DNA of 32,000 nucleotides from Breznakia sp. PF5-3 (GTDB lineage Bacteria; Bacillota_I; Bacilli_A; Erysipelotrichales; Erysipelotrichaceae): NCBI RefSeq assembly GCF_029504745.1, contig NZ_JAQFIQ010000003.1, positions 58,404 to 90,403 of the forward strand, read 5' to 3'. Shown piece by piece: positions 25,298 to 32,000 of this stretch (position 1 is its first letter; each line of letters starts with the position of its first letter). The notes under the pieces were generated by a model. It saw only the letters and a program-made list of their open reading frames with translations, ran no database searches and was not told where the DNA came from. The position numbers and the translations under genes were made by a program.

Positions 25298-26635
25298 TTA
25301 TTTTGCTTGTAAAGTAGCCATTGTAATATAGTTATATGGTTGATTGAAGTGTGGTAAGAAGAAGATATCAAGAAGTTTCAATTTATCAATTGTCAAACCT
25401 TCTTGAATTGCTAAGGAGAACATATGGATATTCATTGAAATATCATATTTGCTACATAATTGTGCCCCTAAAATACGACGTGTGTTTTTATCATATACGA
25501 TTCTAATTTTCACTTTTTCATTATCATGTTCAATGAACAAAGGTTTTTGATAATCCTCAAAATCTGTTACATCTGCATCATAACCGTGTTCTAACGCCTT
25601 TTTAAGCGTTAAACCAGTAGAAACCATATTAATATCCCAGATACGTATTCCGTTGGATCCTTGCACTCCTGCTGACTCTAGATGAGTTCCACAAACATTG
25701 TGAGCAGCGACAATCCCAGAACGTACAGCATTAGTAGCTAAAGCAATATAATTAATATCTTGAATGGCATTGTCATACACGGTTGCACAATCCCCTATTG
25801 CATAAACACTATCATCACTAGTTTTTTGTGTTTTATCAACAATAAAAGCACCATTTTTATATAATTTCAAATGCTCATTTCCAAGAACATTATTAGGTTT
25901 GAAACCAACAGCGAATACAACCATATCTGTATTATATGAATTTTTATCTGTTATGATTTTCTCAACTTTGGTTGTTCCTTCTAATGCCTTTACAGTCTCG
26001 TTATAAGATAATTTAATACCATGCGTATGTAAGTTTTCATCCATAATATCTGTAAATTCTGAATCATAATAATTTGCTAAACTATGTTCAGCAACATCAA
26101 TAATTTGAACTAACTTCCCTTTCCTCTTGAAAGCTTCTGCTAATTCTACACCAATATAACCAGCACCAACAATTGTCACATGATGGATATCTTTTTGTAC
26201 ATCCAATTTATCAATAACCTCTTGTGCATTTTGAAAGAGTTTAACAAATTGTACATTATTTAAATCCATTCCTTTAATATTAGGTTTTACTGGTAAAGAA
26301 CCAGTCGCTAAAATCAACTTATCATAAGGCTGTTCAATTTCTTTTCCATCTTTTGTTTTTGCATATACAACTTTTTTATCATAATTAATATGCTCAACAG
26401 GTGTTTCCATATAAACTTTTGCACCTTTTTCTTCCATTGCTTCACGGCTAGAATAAAATAACCCATCAGAGCCATGAATTTGATCCCCAATCCAAAGTGC
26501 CATCCCACATCCTAAAAAGCTAATATTTGAGTTAGCATCAAAAACACTTACATCAATATCCTTATATGTGTCTAACATGGTATTGATGGCAGCTGTTCCT
26601 GCATGATTAGCTCCAATTACTACAATTTTTTCCAT
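25298..26635 (-). CDS. nox: NADH oxidase (H2O-forming Nox / pyridine nucleotide-disulfide oxidoreductase with redox-active Cys)
   Basis: 445 aa. FAD motif [10 protein letters not shown], the active-site [14 protein letters not shown] (Cys42-type), and a second Rossmann motif [19 protein letters not shown]. Confidence 0.85.
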   Translation of the reverse strand: MEKIVVIGANHAGTAAINTMLDTYKDIDVSVFDANSNISFLGCGMALWIGDQIHGSDGLFYSSREAMEEKGAKVYMETPVEHINYDKKVVYAKTKDGKEIEQPYDKLILATGSLPVKPNIKGMDLNNVQFVKLFQNAQEVIDKLDVQKDIHHVTIVGAGYIGVELAEAFKRKGKLVQIIDVAEHSLANYYDSEFTDIMDENLHTHGIKLSYNETVKALEGTTKVEKIITDKNSYNTDMVVFAVGFKPNNVLGNEHLKLYKNGAFIVDKTQKTSDDSVYAIGDCATVYDNAIQDINYIALATNAVRSGIVAAHNVCGTHLESAGVQGSNGIRIWDINMVSTGLTLKKALEHGYDADVTDFEDYQKPLFIEHDNEKVKIRIVYDKNTRRILGAQLCSKYDISMNIHMFSLAIQEGLTIDKLKLLDIFFLPHFNQPYNYITMATLQAK

Positions 26636-26703
26636 TATTATTTTCTCCTTTGTCCTATAATATTAATTCTACTATTGAACAAAAAACGATACAATTTTAA
26701 TGC

Positions 26704-26735
26704 TCAAAAAAAGGTTGTTATTCAGGCAACCTTTT
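26704..26735 (-). terminator. rho-independent terminator of the DarT-like gene
   Basis: aaaaggttg (26709-26717) pairs with caacctttt (26727-26735). The gene's stop codon lies in the 9-nt loop. On the minus strand the stem is followed by TTTTTTT. Confidence 0.65.
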
Positions 26736-27347
26736 GTAATTATTAATTTTCCAATATTCATAATCATTGCGATTTTGAAAATATGTTTGACAGATTTTTA
26801 CCGTTGTTTTACAACTTGTTGGAATTGTACCTTTATAAATAAAGTAATTAGAACGATCTTCAAAATGAACTTCTTTTATATATTCTACAGGTATTTCATC
26901 ATAACATAACACCTTAGACTGTACAGTAGTAGGATATTTAGAATCTAGCTTTAATTCTTTTCTACTAACTTGGTCATCAACTTCATCAAACAATTGCAAA
27001 AAGGCATTTTCTCCATATGATAATGGACTCCCCTTCATTGGCGAAAAAGCACATTTTTTACTTGCTAAAATACTTGCATCAATCAATAATATAACCCATG
27101 GTAAATTATGTTGACGAAACCGAATTGAGTTAAATTGAACATAATCAGGAAATTCTATAGATAATGCAATAGCATCATGATATTTTCGACTTTTAAAATT
27201 AAAATAACTCTCAATATTTTTCTCCATTAAATCTGTTCGTGGTAATAACCCATAACGGAAAATACTATAAAGATTTTCTGCTTGTGTAAAATGTACCAAA
27301 TATTTAATACCACGATCCTCTAAAATCTGATTCATTAATTCCTCCAT
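26718..27347 (-). CDS. DarT-like DUF4433 ADP-ribosyltransferase-fold protein, orphan (no DarG), catalytic Glu position = Lys
   Basis: N-terminal KYLVHFTQAENLYSIFRYGLLPR matches the DarT YH(I/F)THxxNLxSIxxxGLL signature. FPDYVQF resembles DYVPFYF. TVQSKVLCYDEIPVEYIKEV aligns position-for-position with the DarT KQAEFLVYQAFPWALVEEI segment as I recall it. Start at ATG 27347, 8 nt after AGGAG. The track's 26 extra N-terminal codons lack an SD. Confidence 0.6.
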   Translation of the reverse strand: MEELMNQILEDRGIKYLVHFTQAENLYSIFRYGLLPRTDLMEKNIESYFNFKSRKYHDAIALSIEFPDYVQFNSIRFRQHNLPWVILLIDASILASKKCAFSPMKGSPLSYGENAFLQLFDEVDDQVSRKELKLDSKYPTTVQSKVLCYDEIPVEYIKEVHFEDRSNYFIYKGTIPTSCKTTVKICQTYFQNRNDYEYWKINNYKRLPE

Positions 27348-27555
27348 ATAAGTTACTCCTAAATGACAATAATCTATAAAAATATTATACTCTATTCTCC
27401 ATTGATTTGGAACCGCTTTCAGCAAATGAATTTCAATTATTTTATAATTTTTATTTCAAATAAAAAATACACTTGACTTACTACCATTACCCAATATATG
27501 ATATGATTGTTGAATTATTAGAATACAAACTCATCTCCTAGTAATTCAATATAAT

Positions 27556-27592
27556 AAACCCTACTCATTCCCAATTTATCTGAGTAGGGTTT
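27556..27592 (-). terminator. rho-independent terminator of the EIIA gene
   Basis: aaaccctactca (27556-27567) pairs perfectly with tgagtagggttt (27581-27592), a 12-bp stem. A T-rich tract follows on the minus strand, directly after the stop at 27598. Confidence 0.6.
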
Positions 27593-27597
27593 TTCTA

Positions 27598-27921
27598 TTA
27601 TAGTATTTCCTTATAATCTAATTTTTCATATATTTCAATAAACTCTTCTGCAATAATCTTAAATGTATCTACACTCATAAGCTGATCTTCTGCATGAACA
27701 AGTAGTAAATTAATTGATATATCATTAATGTTTGCTTCTTCTTGAATTAATTTAGTATGTGCTCGATGACCCTCAATAAATTGAGAGCTTCCTTCTTCAA
27801 CCAAAGATTTAGCACGTTTGAAATTTTTGTTTTTTGCTTCTTGTATTGCTTCAATATATAGCGATCGTGCACTTCCAACTGCAGATATAATTTGAAAGCT
27901 AATCAATTCCAAATCTTTCAT
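27598..27921 (-). CDS. PTS EIIA component, lactose/cellobiose family
   Basis: 107 aa three-helix pattern ISAVGSARS...A...AK...F..A, GHRAHTKLIQEEA, and LLVHAEDQLM. The phospho-His and the Asp of the HAxD motif are both conserved. GGGGGG SD. Confidence 0.8.
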   Translation of the reverse strand: MKDLELISFQIISAVGSARSLYIEAIQEAKNKNFKRAKSLVEEGSSQFIEGHRAHTKLIQEEANINDISINLLLVHAEDQLMSVDTFKIIAEEFIEIYEKLDYKEIL

Positions 27922-28011
27922 AGTTTCCCCCCTTTATTATGACTATCTCATATCTTAACAGAGAAAAAAAGGAAGTACAATCTTTTTTCGTACATAAAAA
28001 TATAATGTTAT

Positions 28012-28047
28012 GGTAAATAAAAAAGTAAAAGAAAAATCTTTTACTTT
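28012..28047 (-). terminator. rho-independent terminator of the 83-aa gene
   Basis: aaagtaaaaga (28022-28032) pairs perfectly with tcttttacttt (28037-28047) around a 4-nt loop. A T-rich tract follows on the minus strand. Confidence 0.6.
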
Positions 28048-28053
28048 ATTCTA

Positions 28054-28305
28054 TTATCCTTTTAATCCTTTTGATTGACGTTCCATATCTTCTACAACAA
28101 TATCATAGATTTCCCCCAGTGTTGAACAATACTCTAAAATTTCCCAAGGCCTGTTGGTATGAAAATGAATCTTTATCAATTCATCATCTCTTACTGCTAA
28201 TAAACTATCACCTTCAAAGTTTGAAGTTATATAATCATTAATTGCATCTTCAGATAAATTTTTGCCTTCAATTAATAACTGTGTATCATATCGAAATTCT
28301 AACAT
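28054..28305 (-). CDS. stand-alone small protein homologous to the middle domain of FakA/YloV (DAK2-fusion fatty-acid kinase)
   Basis: 83 aa. EGDSLLAVRDDELIKIHFHTNRPWEILEY...GEIYDIVVEDMERQ matches the FakA/YloV central segment GDSLLV..D.E..KVHVHT..PG.V......G.L...K.ENMR.Q, as recalled. Strong AAAGGAGG SD 5 nt from the ATG. No Dak2 or DegV-like domain is adjacent. Confidence 0.55.
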   Translation of the reverse strand: MLEFRYDTQLLIEGKNLSEDAINDYITSNFEGDSLLAVRDDELIKIHFHTNRPWEILEYCSTLGEIYDIVVEDMERQSKGLKG

Positions 28306-28357
28306 ACATACCTCCTTTTATTAATGTCATTATACTAAATTTAAGTGTTTTTAGATA

Positions 28358-29800
28358 TTAATTATTTAAATCTGCATTTGCCATATAGATTGTAATTGTT
28401 GAACCGATTTCAATAAATTGATTATTATAACTAGCTCCACAAGTAATACCTTTTTCAATAGGTTGATCTTTAAATTGACATGTATTAGGAGCAACATGTT
28501 GTATTTTATAGGTAATGTTTGCACCTTTCTGATTCATTTCATAGAAGTAATCACGAAGTTCCTTCTCAGTCTTATAAATAACATCAGAACGATTGATATA
28601 TGGATTACCTATTGAATAAGTTACAACAACATTAGATACATTTTCATTTTCAATTATTGTACCAGGTGCAATGTCTTGTGAAATAAACTGTCCATAAGGA
28701 ACTCCTGCATTATACCGTTCAACAACTAAAAATGGGACACCTTCCTTTTCACCAATTTCATTGATTGTGTATAAGGTAAACATAGAAAAATTAGGAACAA
28801 TCTGTGCTTTTCCTTTTGATACAGCAATTGTAAGTTCATTTCCTTTGGCAACCTTTTCTTTTGAGGAAATACTTTGAGAAATCACTTTTCCAGCTTCTAC
28901 ACTTTCAGAGTACTCCTCCTTTTGAATAATCTTAACTTCATTTTTCTTACCCCATTCTACAGCTTCAGCAACTTCTTTACCACTAAAATCAGGAACTTCT
29001 ATTGTTTTCTTCGCTTCCCCTTTAGAAACAGTAACCGTTGCATAATCTTTACGCTTATATGCTTTTCTTGTCATATCTTTATCAGCAAATTCTAAACGAA
29101 TAAAATCCCCTTTTTTTACAGTTTTACTATACTCTTTTTGAATTTTTAAATTATCTGCTCGATTTTCACTAATCCAATCATTGATTTTAGATTCATTATA
29201 AGTTGCAAAATCCGGTATTTCTAGAAGTTCTTCTGGATCTGCTCCTTCACTAACTTTCACAATTAGCAAATCCCCTTTTTGAACACTACTACCTGCCTTC
29301 TTATTTACTGAAATCACATGATCACTATCATATTTCATAGAAAATTCTGTATTGATATCTAAATCAACACCATTTTTCTTTGACCACTCCTGCATCTCTG
29401 AAATAGGTTTATCTACGAAGTTTGGCAACGTTCTCTCATTCATAAATCGATAGACTAGAAATCCTCCAACAAACACTAATAGGATTGCTAAAACCAATAG
29501 TCCATGTTGAATAATTTTTTTCTTTTGATAATTTGGATCTTTATTAATTTCTTCTACTGTGTCTGTTCTTTTATGCTTACCTATACTTGTCTTTGATATT
29601 ACTGCGTGAACTTTATCCTTTTTATTGGCTTTATTTTCATCACTCAATGCTTTTTCAACTGTTGGTTTTGGCTTTTCAATAGGAATTTCAGTTGTTTCAT
29701 TTGATTCTTTTTCTTTATCTTCTTTTTTAGATTGCTCTTCATGTTCATCTAAAAGTTTCCCATATTTATCATCTGTAAAGTTCTTTAAAAAATCACTCAT
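28358..29800 (-). CDS. single-pass membrane protein with four extracellular PASTA repeats and no kinase/transpeptidase domain
   Basis: 480 aa. It has about 95 aa of charged, probably disordered N-terminus, a TM (GLLVLAILLVFVGGFLVY), then four ~65-aa repeats. These begin LPNFVDKPISEMQEW..., IPDFATYNESKINDW..., VPDFSGKEVAEAVEW... and VPNFSMFTLYTINEI..., each ending ..G....(V/I).VS.G like PASTA. An ~80-aa C-terminal domain with two Cys follows. Its ATG overlaps the ABC ATPase stop (ATGAGTGA). Confidence 0.7.
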   Translation of the reverse strand: MSDFLKNFTDDKYGKLLDEHEEQSKKEDKEKESNETTEIPIEKPKPTVEKALSDENKANKKDKVHAVISKTSIGKHKRTDTVEEINKDPNYQKKKIIQHGLLVLAILLVFVGGFLVYRFMNERTLPNFVDKPISEMQEWSKKNGVDLDINTEFSMKYDSDHVISVNKKAGSSVQKGDLLIVKVSEGADPEELLEIPDFATYNESKINDWISENRADNLKIQKEYSKTVKKGDFIRLEFADKDMTRKAYKRKDYATVTVSKGEAKKTIEVPDFSGKEVAEAVEWGKKNEVKIIQKEEYSESVEAGKVISQSISSKEKVAKGNELTIAVSKGKAQIVPNFSMFTLYTINEIGEKEGVPFLVVERYNAGVPYGQFISQDIAPGTIIENENVSNVVVTYSIGNPYINRSDVIYKTEKELRDYFYEMNQKGANITYKIQHVAPNTCQFKDQPIEKGITCGASYNNQFIEIGSTITIYMANADLNN

Positions 29801-30467
29801 CTTCTTTTAAAGCTCCTTGACTAAGAATAAATGATTTATCTGATTGTTTCGCAATTTCATCATTATGAGTTACAACAATAACACATTTATTATGTTCATG
29901 GGCTAACGTTTTAAAAATATTTACAATTTCTTGTTGCATGCTTGCATCTAAGTTCCCTGTAGGCTCATCAGCTAAAATAACATCAACGTTTGTTGAAAGT
30001 GACCTAGCAATTGCAACACGTTGCTGCTCTCCACCAGATAGTTTATTAATTTGTCGATCCGCTTTGGTTTTGGTGATTCCAATAAAATCTAACAAGTTAT
30101 AAGCAACTTCTTTCTTGTTTTTAGGAACATCATTATCAGTTTCTCCCATTGCCAATTCAATATTTTCTATACCTGTTAAATAAGGAATAAGATTGTAATA
30201 TTGGAAAATAATTCCAATTTTATTACGACGATATTTTTCATATCCAATTTCCTTTATTTCTTTTTGCTCATAAAGGATACTCCCTTTCATTGGTGTATCA
30301 AGAGCACTAATAAGTGATAACAATGTTGTTTTTCCAGAACCAGATTGCCCTTTAATTGTATAGAATACACCTTTATCAAAAGAACAACTTAAGTCTTTTA
30401 AAATATATCTTATATTTTCTCCATCTTGATAATAATACTCAAGGTTATTTACTTCTAATATTGCCAT
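29793..30467 (-). CDS. ABC transporter ATP-binding protein (MacB/LolD/FtsE-like)
   Basis: 224 aa. Walker A GQSGSGKTT, Q-loop, signature LSGGEQQRVAIAR, Walker B ILADEPTGNLD, and H-loop VTHN. AAGGGGGA SD. Confidence 0.92.
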   Translation of the reverse strand: MAILEVNNLEYYYQDGENIRYILKDLSCSFDKGVFYTIKGQSGSGKTTLLSLISALDTPMKGSILYEQKEIKEIGYEKYRRNKIGIIFQYYNLIPYLTGIENIELAMGETDNDVPKNKKEVAYNLLDFIGITKTKADRQINKLSGGEQQRVAIARSLSTNVDVILADEPTGNLDASMQQEIVNIFKTLAHEHNKCVIVVTHNDEIAKQSDKSFILSQGALKEDE

Positions 30468-30477
30468 AATATCCCCC

Positions 30478-31899
30478 TTACATTAATACCTTTCTAGGCT
30501 TCAATCGAACCACATATAGCGTTGGTGCAATTGATGAAACTAACAATGTCCCAAGACCAATTAGATAAAGCATTACGATATAATCACCATCTAATGTTAC
30601 TTCATAGGCATCAAGAACTTCATTTTGGTCCACATTTGAATCCATATAACTTGTATAGGTATATCCATAAGGATCTTCATTGATTACTTGTTGTTCAATC
30701 ATTTTTTGTGAAACGCCATTCGCAAGTTCTTTTCCACTAAATAATGATAATGTTAATGCAATAATACCTACAATTAACACTTCTATTACAATCTGTGCTA
30801 CAATCTTCCATTTCCTTACACCAATTGACAAATAAATTCCAAACTCATGTCTTCTATCTCTTAAGAATAAAATAACTACCAATCCTAAAATAAGAATTGT
30901 TGCACCTATTGAAATGTAAAGAATTCCAGTTGCTAACCAACTAATGAATGAGATTGGTCCTGCTACTGAATCATATGCATCACTTGAAATTGTTATAGCA
31001 AATCCTTTTGGTAACAATTTTTTTGCATCATCTCGAAATTCTTCTAATTGAGATGCATCTTTCAAATAGTAAGTAGCATTGAGGGATTCAAAATTTTCAT
31101 ATTCTTCTTCACTTTGATTAACCTTTTTTTCTTCTTCCATCATCCAGTTATTTGCTTTACTAGCAAGATCATTTGGAACATAGATTCTTTGTGTTAAATA
31201 ATAATCTACCATTCCACCATCTTCACCAGTTTCTTCTTTTATGGATAATGAAGCATCAAAAATACCAATTACGTCCATTGAATAATCTTTTGTACTCAAA
31301 ACTTTAGGATCTCCATTACCATCCATATCTTCCCAATCATAAACAGCAGCAGTAAATGTAACCGTATCTCCCACATGAATGTTATTCATTTCAGCAAAGA
31401 TGGTTGAGACAAGGGCAACTGGTTTTCCCTCATCAATTTCTTGCTGTTTAAAAACACGACCTTCACTTAGACTGATTTTCTTTTCGCTAATATCTAAAAT
31501 GGATGGTATTTGGACCCCATAAATTTCAAAACCTGCACCAATACCATCAACTACCCCCATTTCACAATCAGGGCCACAATAAGATTCATATTCTTTAGAA
31601 TTCAAAAATGAACTTACATTGTATTCATAATATTTTACACCATCTAGTTTTCCGATTTTATCAATTGTTTTTTGATCAAGCTTTGGAATTTTATCTTCAC
31701 TCAGATTTTCCCAATCATAATCAACAACAGCTTCTGCACCTAACTTGTTTTTAACCGTTTTTTCGACATTCACTGTAGCTTGTTTCACTGCGATTGAACC
31801 CGCCATAAGGTTACCTAGTATAAAAATAACTACTAATAAAATTATTGACTTCCCTTTTTTTCTAATCGTGCTCAATAAAGCTCTTTTTATAAAATTCAT
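30478..31899 (-). CDS. ABC transporter permease, FtsX/MacB type (type VII) with large extracytoplasmic domain
   Basis: MNFIKRALLSTIRKKGKS start typical of the family. TM1 is followed by an extracytoplasmic domain of about 270 aa, then three C-terminal TMs with an unusually long TM3-TM4 loop. Start at ATG 31899, 6 nt after GGAGG. The track's 22 extra codons lack an SD. Confidence 0.85.
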   Translation of the reverse strand: MNFIKRALLSTIRKKGKSIILLVVIFILGNLMAGSIAVKQATVNVEKTVKNKLGAEAVVDYDWENLSEDKIPKLDQKTIDKIGKLDGVKYYEYNVSSFLNSKEYESYCGPDCEMGVVDGIGAGFEIYGVQIPSILDISEKKISLSEGRVFKQQEIDEGKPVALVSTIFAEMNNIHVGDTVTFTAAVYDWEDMDGNGDPKVLSTKDYSMDVIGIFDASLSIKEETGEDGGMVDYYLTQRIYVPNDLASKANNWMMEEEKKVNQSEEEYENFESLNATYYLKDASQLEEFRDDAKKLLPKGFAITISSDAYDSVAGPISFISWLATGILYISIGATILILGLVVILFLRDRRHEFGIYLSIGVRKWKIVAQIVIEVLIVGIIALTLSLFSGKELANGVSQKMIEQQVINEDPYGYTYTSYMDSNVDQNEVLDAYEVTLDGDYIVMLYLIGLGTLLVSSIAPTLYVVRLKPRKVLM

Positions 31900-32000
31900 T
31901 CCGTTCCTCCTCGTATAATATGTAATGTAATCAAACAGAAGCATCGCCTTCAATATCGATTGCATTTACACTCTAATTAATAGATAATAGATTCGTTTTG

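Noticed and set aside
26314-26909. ORFs 26314..26508(-) and 26700..26909(+)
   Set aside because: The first is an alternative frame inside nox. The second is antisense to the DarT-like gene and spans its terminator.
26636-28357. Calling the DarT-like/EIIA/FakA-fragment region a mobile element or defence island
   Set aside because: I could see no integrase, transposase, tRNA target, flanking direct repeats or obvious composition shift. I report it only as a patchwork locus.
28418-29810. Plus-strand ORFs 28418..28615, 28874..29095 and 29625..29810
   Set aside because: They are antisense to the PASTA-repeat gene, with F/S/I-rich antisense composition.
10502-31965. N-terminal extensions proposed by the ORF track (GTG/TTG or upstream ATG starts at 4927, 10507, 11744, 16858, 19839, 23222, 24249, 24752, 27425 and 31965)
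   Set aside because: In each case an internal ATG (a TTG for the dehydrogenase) lies 4-9 nt downstream of a clear GGAGG-type SD and restores the canonical family N-terminus. Several of the extended starts sit on top of the SD itself.
1-32000. Scan for CRISPR repeats, tRNA/rRNA genes, riboswitch-sized leaders other than rpsD, and long direct repeats
   Set aside because: I found no regularly spaced repeats, cloverleaf-like segments or rRNA-like conserved tracts by eye. The intergenic regions other than 7846-8135 are short and are accounted for by promoters and terminators.

Overview
AT-rich chromosomal segment from a low-GC Firmicute. Gene order matches Bacillus-type synteny blocks, and any finer taxonomic placement would be a guess. 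I recognise about 30 protein genes and no rRNA, tRNA, CRISPR array, transposase or integrase. From 1 to 16 kb the window is almost entirely minus-strand housekeeping. It holds efp, ffh, a tightly overlapping ezrA-nifZ-thiI-rlmA chain, divergent rpsD with a long structured leader, a tail-less SsbB-like SSB, and an rnjB-ftsK-M16-M16 operon (the B. subtilis rnjB..spoIIIE..ymfF-ymfH arrangement). From 16 to 22 kb there is a D-2-hydroxyacid dehydrogenase divergent from a three-gene plus-strand operon. That operon encodes a double BcrA/HgdC-type ATPase fused to a dehydratase-like domain, a 414-aa dehydratase-like partner (best match to the anaerobic plasmalogen synthase PlsA/PlsR architecture) and a coupled DUF1113-type membrane protein. 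From 22 to 26.6 kb lie two HAD hydrolases, cysK divergent from two overlapping Rrf2 regulators (back-to-back promoters, each with its own inverted-repeat operator), and an NADH oxidase. The right end, 26.7 to 32 kb, is the least ordinary part. It contains an orphan DarT-like (DUF4433) gene with no DarG and with the catalytic Glu position read as Lys, an orphan PTS EIIA(cellobiose/lactose), and a stand-alone 83-aa copy of the FakA/YloV middle domain. It also contains a MacB/FtsX-type ABC transporter operon that ends in a kinase-less membrane protein with four PASTA repeats. That ABC-PASTA module is my best candidate for an undescribed system. All protein assignments come from motif and family recognition by eye, not from database searches.
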